Source: Squalus acanthias
Lineage: Eukaryota
Assembly (NCBI GenBank): GCA_030390025.1
Contig: CM059432.1
Coordinates: 6,882,001 to 6,946,000, forward strand
Direction of reading: 5' to 3'
DNA: 64,000 nt
Below are positions 24,441 to 36,824 of this stretch, piece after piece; position 1 is the stretch's first letter, and each line of letters starts with the position of its first letter. Below the pieces are notes generated by a model. The model was not told the origin of the DNA and ran no database searches. It saw only the letters and a program-made list of their open reading frames with translations. The position numbers were made by a program, and so were the translations under genes.

Positions 24441-25521
24441 GGTTTCAGTTTCAGCCATTTACACGATTTCTCTTGGGTTTTGCCGATATCCTGCTGATGT
24501 TACAGCAGGAGATCAGGAAAAGCACCACGGAATTTCAGGACTATTGTATTTTTATGGCATGATATTGTAGGATCTTTACTGTTTTGAGATTGAATTCTGT
24601 GATTTTTCCATTTTGCCGTGGAAAAACAACATAATCAGTCGCCTTGAATAATATATCTCATGTCCATAATCTTGTCCAGAAAGTCAATTTTTATTTGATC
24701 TTTTTTAAGGCTCAGAATACACCGTAAAATGGTGGATAAGATGTTCAGGTGGAGATAGAAACCAGAATCAGGCAAGCAAATGCTGTCCAAGTGGTGTGGA
24801 AAACATGCAAATGAGAAAGCAAGAGTTTGGAGATTCCTGCTTGGAGGTAGTGGGGAGGCAGGGCTGCTGTTTGAATTTGCTGCTCCATTTGAGGAATGGA
24901 CACGGGTTGGTGAGTCACTGGGACTACACAGGTTATGTAGTATCTGGTCTGAGGACTATACCTTGGATACCCCTGCCCTAGTTTATGGCTCTGTTTGCCT
25001 CCTGGGAGAGCTGAGGGCTGGTTATTTATTTTTTATTTTTTTATTTATTCATTCACGGGATGTGGGCGTCGATGGCAAGGCCAACATTTATTGCCCATCC
25101 CTAATTGCCCTCGGGAAAGTGGTGGTGAGCCGCCTTCTTGAACCACGCTGCTGATGAACTCCTTTAAAAGGGAGTTGATTAGTTATCTGCTTGGGAAGAT
25201 CATCGGATCATCAGTTGTCGACTGAGATGATCAAATACTCCAGGGGACACTATGATTCCTGTATCATTGGGCCTGCAGACAGAGTATTGTGTTTGTGGGA
25301 CTGGCAGGTCAGTTAGAGTAGTGGAGCGGGCAAAATAGATGAATATTCTGGATATATTTCCATACCTTTGGGAAACAGGGAGTATTTGTGCAGAACTTCC
25401 TGCAAGATTTAAATGCCTGATTTAGAATCCATGATAGGATAGATTGTATAGGACCTGTGTGGAAGGAGTGGGCTTAATAGGTGGCATGACTATTTCTCAT
25501 TCCAATCTTTCTTATGTCCTT

Positions 25522-25616
25522 CTGACGAAAGGTCGTTGACCTGAAACGTTAACTCTGTTTCTCTCTCCACAGATGCTGCCTGACTTGCTGGGTATTTCCA
25601 GCATTTTCTGTTTTTA
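25522..25616 (+). mobile_element. Minimal Penelope-like insertion starting at a hammerhead core, 14-bp TSD
   Basis: Flanked by tttcttatgtcctt at 25508-25521 and 25617-25630. Begins CTGACGA-A-AGGTC-GTT-GACCT-GAAA-CGTT. Confidence 0.8.
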
Positions 25617-26074
25617 TTTCTTATGTCCTTGCAGTTTTCAAACTATACATTGACGCTGTATTTAATATCCACAGAAATAATTTGCTGCAAATTTATGCAA
25701 TAGTTAAGATAAACTAGATTCTGATAAATCTGCAGAAGCAAATAACTAGGGACTAAGTTATGTATTTGGTTGGTGCATTGCCCTTTCACCTTTGGGACCT
25801 GGGGTTGAATTCAGCCCAGACTTTCAATTGCTGTAAGGAGATCTAAGTGGAATGAGTGTACAGTGTCAACCCAGTACATGACTAGAAAGCTGGTGTCTGG
25901 TACAGCACCAATTTGTAGTTGCTTTGAGAGTCCATCAGGATTGCTTGAAGAATAGAAATAGAATTCAATAGAAATATCCCATTGGTGCAATAAGGGCGGA
26001 AATTGACGCTTAATATTTGGGTCTTTTACCCTCGTCTGTGATATACCTGTAGTGGGGGAGTGCTTGATGTGAGT

Positions 26075-27382
26075 CATAGTTATACAGCACAGAAAGAGGC
26101 CCTTTGGCCCATCATGTCTGCGCCGACCATCAAGCCCTATCTATTCTAATCCCATTTTCCAGCACTTGGTCCGTAGCCTTGTATGCTATGGCGTTTCAAG
26201 TGCTCATCTAAATGCTTCTTGAATGTTGAGAGTTCCTGGCTCTACCACCCTTTCAGGCAGTGAGTTCCAGATTCCAACCACCCTCTGGGTGAAAAAGTTT
26301 TTCCTCAAATCCCCTCTAAACCTCCTGCCCCTTAGCTTGAAACTATGCCCCCTGGTTATTGACCCCTCTACTAAGGGGAAAAGTTCCTTTCTGTCTACCC
26401 TATCTATGCCCCTCATAATTTTGTACACCTCAATCAGGTCCCCCCTCAGCCTTCTCTGCTCCAAGGAAAACAACTCCAGCCTGTCCAGTCTCTCTTCATA
26501 GCTGAAACGCTCCAGCCCAGGTAACATCCTGGTGAATCTCCTCTGCACCCTCTCTAATGCAATCACATCCTTCCTATAGTGTGGCGACCAGAACTGCACA
26601 CAGTATTCCAGCTGTGGCCTAACTAGCGTTTTGTACAGCTCCATCATAACCTCCCTGCTCTTATATTCTATGCCTCGGCTAATGAAAGCAAGTATCCCAT
26701 ATGCCTTCTTAACCACCTTATCTACCTGTCCTGCTGCCTTCAGGGATCTATGTACATGCACGCCAAGGTCCCTCTGATCCTCTGTCCTTCCTTGGGGCCT
26801 ACCATTCATTGTGTATTCCCTTGCCTTGTTAGTCCTCCCAAAATGCATCACCTCACACTTTTCAGGGTTAAATTCCATTTGCCACTATTCTGCCCATCTG
26901 ACCAACCCGTCTATATCGTCCTGTAGCCTGAGGCTTCTCTCCTCGCTATTTACCACTCTACCAATTTTCGTGTCATCTGCGAACTTACTGATCATACCTC
27001 CTACATTCATATCTAAATCATGAATGTACACTACAAACAGCAAGGGACCCAGCACCGATCCCTGCGGTACACCACTGGACACAGGCTTCCAGTCACAAAA
27101 ACAACTTTCGACCATCACCCTCTGCCTCCTGCCACTAAGCCAATTTTGGATCCAATGTGCCAAATTGCCCTGGATCCCATGGGCTCTTACCTTCTTGACC
27201 AGTCTCCCATGCGGGACTTTGTCAAAAGCCTTACTGAAGTCCATGCAGACTACATCAACTGCACTACCCTCATCCACACACCTAGTCACCGCCTCTCAAA
27301 ATTCAATCAAATTGGTTAGACATGATCTCCCCCTGACAAAGCCATGCTGACTATCCTTGATTAATCCATGCCTCTCCAAGTG
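26075..27382 (-). mobile_element. 5'-truncated CR1 LINE, nearly intact RT
   Basis: ORFs 26885..27289 and 26204..26878 are in one frame, separated by a single TAG. Motifs [25 protein letters not shown]. Confidence 0.95.
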
Positions 27383-27461
27383 GGTGGAAATAGTTTCTAC
27401 TCCTCAATTTTGAGCTTTCTAACCTTGAGGAGCAGAGGAATTTAAAACTTAAAAAAAAATG

Positions 27462-27725
27462 TGCAACAAAAGAACCAGAGGCGACATGAGGGAAAACCTT
27501 TTTACGCAAAGAGTGGTTAGGATTTGGAATGCATTGCCTGATAGGGCGGTGGATACAGACTCTATAGTAGCCTTCAAAAGGGAATTGGATAAATACTTGA
27601 AGGAGACAAAATTGCAGTGATATGGGGAAAGAGCGATGGAGTGGGACTAACTGGATTGCTCTTCGAAAGAGCCGGCGCAGACTCGATTGTCCGAATGGCC
27701 TCCTTCTGTGCTGCACTATTCTATA
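27462..27725 (+). mobile_element. CR1 3' end fragment
   Basis: FTQRVVRIWNALP remnant plus the CR1 tail. Confidence 0.8.
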
Positions 27726-28540
27726 AATTTTCATATTAATGACTTTCATATTATTAACTGGCTAAACTGCCAAAAAAAGGGAATTGTTCAGGATGAGTGC
27801 AAAATCCCACACAAACCTAGTGAAAGAAGAACCATGAAGGCAGCCAAAGAGATTTATTTTTGAGTGCCACCGTGAGTGTGTGTGTTTTTAATCCTAAATA
27901 TTGCTGCAAATCTGAAAGGGTTTATCTGTATTGAGTTCATTTTGATTTTGAATGGTTTCAATTAGCCCGTTCTCCTTAATTATGTGGTGTCGGTGCTGTG
28001 TAAAATTGTACGCTTCACTGGAGAGTATTCACTTACTGTTTGCAAAGAGACAGAACAAAATCCATCCAGGAAATATATTACAGTTAAAATGTAAAATGAA
28101 TGGCATTATGTTGATTAATGATTTCAGCAACATCCCGAGACTTGAGTTAGTATTAAAACATTGAACACATCTGACGCAAAGATGTGGCAAATAGTTTTAT
28201 TTTAAATCATATGCAACAAATTTTGAATGATCTAAAATAGCCAAATATATCTGGTCAATTGTATATTCCATATGGCCCATGGTAGTTCAGATTCACTCAA
28301 CAAGCTTTTTGAGGAGAAAAAACACACTTACAATCGTGACATATTGTAATTAGAAAAGTTATTGACGTGATTTAAGCCTCGAGATTAAGTACACGTTGAT
28401 GAAGTTATGTCATTGACTTTAATAGAACTTTGTCCACAGCTGCACAGTATTTATCCATTGTCAGTTCTGATTGATTTTTCACTGAAACTGTCTTAAATTT
28501 TATGACAGTTTGATCCAATTAGACGAGAACTAAAAATCAG

Positions 28541-29317
28541 GGTACAGAAATAGCGGTCAGCGACGAAGCAAATCCGTTCGCCGCTGGTCCCAAAGTAAGC
28601 TTCGCACAAAGATCTCGCGATCTCTGTGTTGAGAAGTTCGGCGTTTCCCACATGTAATTCAAATCAACGGAGTATAGTGGGAATCCCTTCGTGCGAACTG
28701 CTGTGACATCAACAAGCTGTCTAAGCAGTCAGTCAAAACGCAGAATTCTCACAGACCGCGAACAAGGAAGTGAGTAAGCCCGTAAAATTCTAACTTTATT
28801 AAAATGTTAGAGAGAGCTAAACAAAGATTGGGGCTCTCACATGCGGAAAAGGCAAACCTGAAATGAAGATGAACAAACTTTAACATTTTTTTAAAATGCT
28901 TGTTTTTTAAAAAGTTTCCTAAAAATTTAAATTTTTATTAAAATGGATAAATTTGACACTACACAAAATTAAAATTAGTTTTTCAGGGCCGTAACCTTTG
29001 TTTAGCAGTCAATATGCTGTTAAAACCCTAGTTACACCTAATCCCCTTTGGGGTCTGACTTTTAGTGGGGAATTTACATGCGTAATTACTGTGGAAGAGC
29101 CGAAGTTTTCGTCAGTTTCAATGATTTGAGAGATTTCACTGTGGTGGGGTGGGGGGCACAGCACAGCCTGCGGAGGAGCAGTGAATGACAAACCGCAACT
29201 TCATGATTTCCGCGTTAGGCGGTGCATGCGCCAAACCCTGCAGTTGCGGTCAGTTTCAAAGGCGAAATGACGGCGACGCTGCCAGTTCGCTGTCACCAGG
29301 ACTGCAGATTCCGGGCC
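28541..29317. mobile_element. Older Harbinger-like MITE
   Basis: GC-rich arms and AT-rich core, like the 744-bp family. Imperfect TIRs ggtacagaaatagcggtc / gactgcagattccgggcc. Confidence 0.55.
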
Positions 29318-29712
29318 AACCTCCTCAAAGTAGTTTTTACGATGGGAAACTACTGTTGATAGAACTATATATTGTTGTCTAAACATTTCCAAGTGATACG
29401 TTCAAAGGCAAATTATAGATATCAATATCGGATTCTGATTCATGTTTTAAAAATACCATTTTTTTATCTCTAAGTAAGTTTATCTGATTAGTTATCCACT
29501 AGAGGGCACTGTTTAAAATCTGCAATGTCAAGTGGTACAACACTTGTCTACAACCTCTTCCTGCTATTTTAATAGAGGTTGATTTGTACATATATTAAAA
29601 TATTGCTATTGTGTTGACCTAGAGTTAAAGATACTGATAGTTGTCAGAGAACAGAGAAACAGTTTGTCATATTCAAAATAGCGTATTTACTTTGTGACTG
29701 ACACAATTTTAA

Positions 29713-30417
29713 CGGAGAAAAATTGAGTCTGCTACTTTTAACGGCCTGAAAATATTAGCGCCCCCACGGCCAAAATTGAATGGTAGCGCCCCAAGAGGGA
29801 AGCGGGGCGCTACTGGAAGCGCCCTGCCTCCCTCTTGGGGCGCTGCGAGGGAATATCGCGGCGCTATGTGCCGCAGCACCACGGTACTGCAGGCCTTCCT
29901 CCCCTTCTTAAAGAGGGAGGGGCCTTGCGCAGCGCGACCCGGGGCCCAGCTGGGCCACCGGGGATCAGAGTGCCAGCGAAAGAGCCCGGCACTCGAGAAG
30001 TGCCGGGCTCACAGAGCACAGCCGGCACTCCGCGGGGGGGGCTTCACAGAAGGCCGGGGACGGCAAAGCAGGCAGGTGTTGGCAGGTGGCCAGCAACAAA
30101 AATGGCCGCCCGGCACCTCGCCTTTAATTAGCGCCGCCCCGGCTGCAGGTAGGCCCCCCCCGACTCCGTCGGACATAGCATCCGGTGGTAAGTCGGGGCG
30201 CTACCGAAGGGCGCGAGCGGGGCGCTGCGCACGGCAATGAAGTCATCGCCGGTGGCGCAGCGCCGCAGGGCGCTAACGGTTACCGCTGCTTCTAACCTCC
30301 CGCTGAATTTCGCGGGAGGTGTTGGCGGCGCCGCGCCCAGGTGCTAGTTGCTTTGCACCCCATTAGCACCCTTTTAGGGCGCTAACTGGAGGCGCAAAGC
30401 AACCGAATTTTTCCCCC
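29713..30417. mobile_element. CpG-rich PIF/Harbinger-type non-autonomous element (705 bp)
   Basis: TSD TAA (29710-12, 30418-20), imperfect TIRs cggagaaaaatt / aatttttccccc, recurring agcgccc/gggcgct motifs. Confidence 0.7.
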
Positions 30418-30997
30418 TAAATCTCTTGTCGGGCGGTAGAAAGGTTTTAAAGAGTGATGGGTGATTTCTGCTTGGAGAGTATTTAGGATCCCTCAGTTAT
30501 CCCTTGAAAATCTTTAGGATAGATTGTACGGCATTCAATAGAATGAATGAGGAAATAAGGAAGAGTACGAATCGCAAATCTACTCTAAAGAATGTATATC
30601 TCTAGGAAATGCAGGAATTCCAGCTCTTATTCCGCTGCTGTTAGCATGACAGCAGTAGATATTGGAATTGTGAGATGAAATGTTGCCCTTCCTATTGAGG
30701 GAATCTGGGTACTTGCTGTTAATGAATCCAGGCTCACCGTGTAGATTGTCTTGTAAATTGTACAAAAAAAATCCCATCAATGTAGATTTTAATATCAAGT
30801 TCTAAAATCAATGGAAATGGTATAAGTTTCCCCTCCTTCAGCCAGTCGGTTCATGAAGATTCGAAGGATATATTGGCTTTTGTACTTCAGGCCAGCATTC
30901 CTAAGTTCTACAATGTGTTTTCTCTTATGGGAACAGCAGGGATGAGCGTGTAGATTGTAGTTGGTGGCCCGTGGAAAATTGAAGTTCAAGTCTATGC

Positions 30998-31445
30998 AGA
31001 AAGAAAGAAAGAACGCCGTGCATTTATGTAGCGCCTTTAATGACCACCGGACGTCCCAAAGCGCTTTACAGCCAATGAAGTTCTTTTTGAAGTGTAGTCA
31101 CTGTTGAAATGTAGGGAACGCGGCAACCAATTTGCGCACAGCATGCTCCCACAAACAGCAATGTGATAATGATGTTGATTGAGGGATAAATATTGGCCAG
31201 GACAATGGGAATAACTCCTCTGCTCTTCTTCGAAATAGTGGCCATGGGATCTTTTGGGATCTGAGAGAGCAGACGGGGCCTCGGTTTAACATCTCATCCG
31301 AAAGATGGCTGCTGCAGCACTCCCTCAGTACTGCACTGGGAGTGTCAGCCTAGATTTTTGTGCTCAAGTCTCTGGAGTGGGACTTGAACCCACAACCTTC
31401 TGACCTCAGAGGCGAGGGTGCTACCGACTGAGCCACGGCTGACAC
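30998..31445 (-). mobile_element. SINE family A, full length
   Basis: A/B boxes on the minus strand and a (CTTT)n tail. Confidence 0.88.
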
Positions 31446-31654
31446 AGTAAATCATGCCAGGTAGTTAGTTGAAAGGGAAACTTCATTTGGATGTAGGGAT
31501 GAATTTTGCTGTTCACAGGATAATGATTGCACTCTTGGTGGCAACTCCTGGCTTAACGTTGATCTGTTAATACTTAGGAAGGTGTTAAAAGATCATTTTC
31601 ACACGCTACTGCACTATTGGCTGCGAGACAGTGTTGCAGAATGTGGGAGATATC

Positions 31655-31955
31655 CCCAGTGTCCTGGCCAATATTTATCCTTCTGGTCATTATCACATTG
31701 CTGTTTGTGGGAGCTTGCTGTGCGCCAATTGGCTGCTGCGTTTGCCTACATCACAACAGTGACTGCACTTCAAAAGTACTTTATTGGCTGTAAAGCGCTT
31801 TGAGACGTCCAGTGGTCGTGAAAGGCGCTATATAAATGCAAGTCTTTCTGTCTGTCTTTCTTTTCTTCATCGCCAATTAAGTACTTTGAAAGTGTAGTCA
31901 CTGTTGTAATGTAGGCAAACGTGGCAGCCAATTTGCGCACAGCAAGCTCCCACCC
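31655..31955. mobile_element. SINE family A fragments in opposite orientations
   Basis: 31655-31860 is a + strand 3' half; 31872-31953 is its inverted partial copy. Confidence 0.75.
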
Positions 31956-33340
31956 TTCCATGTGACTTCCCCTTGTGACTGCTCTCCGTCAACCTGGACA
32001 CACCCAATGGCCTAAAGATAGATTTTCCAACTATCTACTTCATCTAGCAACAATTCTATTAGAGCATGAATAAGCACCCCCTCCCCCCCACCCCAGTTTA
32101 ATGCATTGTTCAAGTATTATATAGAATGTACAGCACAGAAACAGGCCTTTCGGCCCAACTAGTCCATGTCGGTGTTTATGCTCAACACCACCCTCCTCAC
32201 ACCTCTCTTCATCTGACCCCCATCAGCATAACCTTCTGTTCCTTTCTCCCTCAATTTATCTGTCTGAATCTCCTGAGCACAACAGCTGGGGAGTAGACAG
32301 CAAAGGAAGAAGCAATGGTCTTCGATTGCTCTGTACGATATTAGTAACAAATGCAGCTGTACAAAATGTCTTTGCTATTTTAATGAAACCATTAATCCAT
32401 GGAAACTACATGGGTTAATGCCACTGTTAAAATAGTGGAGGACTTATGACAGCAGTTACCACAAACCAAACCGAGCTTGACTAAAGTTTCCTCAATTTAA
32501 ACTCCATTAAACCCCCAATAACCGTTCAGTTCAGTCTGTATGCTTATTGCCTGATTAATCTAAATCTAAGGAAAATCATTTGAACACTGCATCCCTTCAA
32601 GGCCTTTGCAAAGCAATCACACGACAAGTGTGAAACCATTGGATCCCGCTGCCTTAATTAGTTCCCACTACAGGATGAGGAGATTATTTTGTGTTTGTGG
32701 AGGATTTCCTCCGGGGAGGTTTTTCAACACATTAGCTATTCTTACAAAGTCAACTCTCTCTTTCTTTCTCCCTCCCTCCCCCTTGGAATCTATCTGTCTA
32801 GCCCGGAAGTTGACATTTATAGGCTGGTAGACATTTCTTTATTCCTCTGTTACGGCTGAACTGTTGTGACAAGCTTTTATATCGTAAGCAGTGTATGAAT
32901 CTTGTCATAAGAGATGCATGCTTTTCCTCAGTGTGTGAATGTTAATGGCATTGAAACAGTAGGTGTGTGGAAAGAGATCCTTCATGATTACGAACTGTAA
33001 TAATTCATTTTGGAAACAGACATTCTAGTTTTGGCTTCAGCTCCTTGTTCCTTGATGCAGATTATGGAAAAACCCAACAACACCAATTCATGAAATTTTG
33101 ATTGGATGTTTTGATTTGGCTAAAGAAAATACATTTTCTAAAAGACTGGTTGATCGTTTCTTGCAATAAGACGGTTCGGAGTGGCTCATTATATTTTCTG
33201 TATACAGTCATGGAAATGTGGTCAAGTAAGTAGCTGTTTTCTTGCAGTAGCATGACAAATCTTGGAAAATCAGCCTCTGCTTTCATGAGCACATTAACAT
33301 GTTTCTGAAAATTGGTTAAACCACTGTTAGTCACTGTGTA

Positions 33341-33886
33341 ACATAGGAACAGGAGGAGGCCATTCAGCCCCTCGAGCCTGTTCCGCCATTCAATGAGATC
33401 ATGGCTGATCTGCGACCTAACTCCATTTACCCGCCTTTGGCCCATATCCATTAATACCTTTGGTTAACAAAAAGCTATCAATCTCAGATTTAAAATTAAC
33501 AATTGATTTAGCATCAGTTGCTGTTTGTGGAAGAGAGTTCCAAACTTCTACCACCCTTTGTGTGTAGAAGTGTTTCCTAATTTCACTCCTGAAAGGTCTG
33601 GCTCTAATTTTTAGACTCTGCCCCCTCGTCCTAGAATCCCCAACCAGCAGAAATAGTTTCTCTCTATCTACCCTTAATATCCTGAAAACTTCGCTAAGAT
33701 CACCCCTTAACCTTCTAAATTCTAGGGAATACAACCCTAATTTGTGTAATTTCTCCTCGTAACTTAACCCTTGAAGTCCGGGTATCATTCTGGTAAACCT
33801 ACGCTGCACTCTCTCCAAGGCCAGTATATCCTTCCTAAGGTATGGTGCCCAGAACTGCTCACAGTACTCCAGGTGTGGTCGAACCA
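33341..33886 (-). mobile_element. CR1 LINE 3' fragment
   Basis: ORF 33417..33887, same subfamily as 2326-2937 and 50298-50762 (RARPFRSEIRKHFYTQ). Confidence 0.92.
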
Positions 33887-34047
33887 CACTAAAAGATAAA
33901 TATCCATAACCTTGCCATTGCTGTAGCAGACCATTACTAACCAGCGAATATTACTGAGCCGAGGATTAAGGAGCAAATCTAATTGAACAGAAGTGTTTCA
34001 TAACTTAATGTAAGTTGTTTTTATAAAGTAATACTTTCTGGGTAGAA

Positions 34048-35710
34048 ATAAGTCCAGATGGAATGCATCCTCGGTTGCTGAAAGAAGCAAAGGTAAAAAT
34101 AGCAGAGGCATTGGTCACAATCTTTCAATTGGATACAGGAGTTGTGTCGGAGGACTGGAGGGTTGTTAATGTTATACCACTATTCAAGAAAGGGGAGAGG
34201 GATGAACCAGGAAACCACAGGCCAGCCAGCCTAACATCGGTGGTGCGGAAGTTATTGGAAATCATTATCGGGCACAAAATAAACTTTCATTTGGAAAGGT
34301 ATGGGTTAATCATAGAAAGCCAGCATGGATTTGTTAAAGGCAAATTGTGTATACTAACTTGATTGAATTCTTTGATGAGGTAACAGAGAAGGTTAATCAA
34401 GGTAGTGCAGTAGATGTTGTGATATGGACTTTCAGAAGGCATTTGACAAAGTGATACACAGGAGGCTTGGTAATAAGATGGAAACCCATGGAATTAAGGG
34501 GAAAGTGGCGGTATGGATACGAAATTGGCTCAGTGACAGGAAGCAAAGGGTGGTGGTGGGTGGATGTTTTTCAGACTGGGAGATGGTTTGCAGTGGCAGC
34601 ACGGCAGATGGAGTTCAGTGCGGAGAAGTGTGAAGTGATGCACTTTGGGAGGACTAATATGGAAAGACAGTATGCTATAAATGGCACGATTTTGAAAAGT
34701 GCAGATAGCAGAGAGACCTTGGTGTCCATATACACAAATCCTTAAAGTTGGCAGGGCAAGTTGATAATGTGGTTAAAAAAGCATATGGGTTACTTGGGCT
34801 TATAAATGGAGGAATAGAATATAAAAGCAAAGAAATGATGCTAGACCTTTAGAAATCACTGGTTAGGCCACAGCTGAGGTATTGTGGACAATTCTGGGCA
34901 CCACACTTCAGGAAAGATGTAAAGGCCTTAGAAAGGGTGCAGAGAAGGTTTACCAGGATATTACCAGGGATGAGGGACTTCAGTTATGAGGAGAGGTTGG
35001 AAAAGTTAGGACTATTCTCCTTGGAACAGATAAGGTGAAGAGGCGACCTCTGAGAGGTTTTGACAGGGTAGATAGAGAAAAACTATTCCCTCTGGCGAGT
35101 GGGTCAATAACCAGAGGTCATAGATTCAAAATCATTGGCAAAAGATCTAGAGGGGAGATGAGGAGAAATGTTTTCACTGAGTTGTCGGGATCTGGAACGC
35201 TCTACCTGAAAAGGTGGCGGAAGCTGATTCCATAAATAATTTGAAAAGGGAGTCGGACAGGTACTTGAGGATTTTTTTTTATATTCGTTCATGGGATGGA
35301 TGTGGGCGTCGCTGGCAAGGCCAGTATTTATTGCCCATCTCTATTTGCCCTTGAGAAGGTGGTGGTGAGCCGCTGCCTTGAACCGCTGCAGTCCGTGTGG
35401 TGAAGGTACTCCCACAGTGCTGTTAGGGTGGGATTTCCAGGATTTTGACCCAGCGACGACGAAGGAATGGTGATATATTTCCAAGTCAGGGTGGTGTGTA
35501 ACTTGGAGGGGAAGTTGCAGGTGATGTTGTTCCCATGCGCCTGCTACCCTAGGTGGTAGAGGTCACAGGTTTGGGAGGATAAAGAACTTACAGGGTTACG
35601 GACAAAAAGCGGGGATGTGGGACTAATCGGAGAGCTCTTTCAAAGAGCCAGCACAGGCATGATGGGCCGAATGGCCTCCTTCTGTGCTGTAAGTTTCTAT
35701 GATTCTATGA
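34048..35710 (+). mobile_element. Degenerate CR1 LINE with internal deletion and nested insertion
   Basis: HPRLLKE...DWRVVNVIPLFKKG...SQHGFVKG, DFQKAFDKV. The GVPQGS-FADD segment is missing near 34595. A minus-strand LINE tail is inserted at about 35272-35578. Confidence 0.88.
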
Positions 35711-35828
35711 CATGGTTTCAGTTGCTAAATTGGGGAGTGTATGGTGGAATATATATGTTGATAAAAATGAGACCAAATGAGGGGATTTACACATGCCACG
35801 TTATGGTATCTTTACTATCATATTTACA

Positions 35829-36397
35829 GTGTCGGCCATGGCTCAATTGGTAGCGCACTCGCCTGAGAAGGTTGTGGGTTCAAGTCCAGCTCCAGAGACT
35901 TGAAAACAAAATCTCGGCTGACATTTTCAGATGAGACGTTAGAAGGCACTATTTCGGAGTAGAGCAGGGAAGCTTAACCCTGGTGTCCTGACCAATATTT
36001 ATCCCTCAACCAACAACATAAATCTAGGCTGGCACTCCAGTGCAGTGCTGAGGGAGAGCTGCACAGTCGGAGGTGCCAATTTTCGGGCGAGACGTTAAAC
36101 CGAGCCCCCGTCTGCTCTCTCAGGTGGACGTAAAAGATTCCATGGCGCTATTTTGAAGAAGAGTAAGGGAGTTCTCCCCGGTGTCCTGGCCAATATTTAT
36201 TCCTCAATCAACATCACTAAAACAGATTATGTGGTCATTATGACAATGCTGTTTGTGGGAGCTTGCTGTGCGCAAATTGGCTGCTGTGTTTCCAACATTA
36301 CAACAGTGACGACATTTCAAAAGTACTTAATTGGCTGTAAAGCGCTTTGGGACGTCCTGAGGTTGTGAAAGGTGTTAATCTAAATGCAAGTCTTTTT
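35829..36397 (+). mobile_element. SINE family A (partially duplicated)
   Basis: Head gtgtcggccatggctcaattgg...ggttcaagtcc; the body segment occurs twice. Confidence 0.8.
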
Positions 36398-36652
36398 TCT
36401 TCTGTTCCGATCAGATTTAATGGGAGCTGAAGTTGTCAGATTTGTATCTATATTCTTCCCACCTCACGATGCACCATTTTAATTTATTCCGATTTAATGC
36501 AATTGTATTTCTCTTTCAGGTTCCATCTGTGGGTATCTCTTGAGTCTTGGGAACTTTTGATTTAATTGTGGCTAATATAAGGAAGTGTCAGGTATAATTA
36601 TTTCACTCTGCAGCTGTTGTACAAATTCTTGCGTTTGAATGTTTCCCCACAG

Positions 36653-36824
36653 GGCGATTCAGTCCAAATGGTGGATGAAAGTCCTTTCTCTGACTCTTCC
36701 ACCTTGGAGCAGAAAACTAGCAATATTGGTGGAACCACTGGATGTATCAGTTTATGGATGCAGTGGATGTTGCCCAAAGTGACTGTCAAATTGTTTGCAC
36801 ACGAACCTAGCAGTAAGGGCACAG
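36653..36824 (+). CDS. VPS13B: VPS13B internal coding exon (172 nt, phase 0/1)
   Basis: ttccccacag|GGCGAT...GGCACAG|gtgaga. Encodes GDSVQMVDESPFSDSSTLEQKTSNIGGTTGCISLWMQWMLPKVTVKLFAHEPSSKGT and continues the previous exon in frame. Confidence 0.95.

Noticed and set aside
29776..30240. 154-aa ORF
   Set aside because: It lies inside a GC-rich non-autonomous element, has no recognisable domain, and is explained by stop-codon scarcity.
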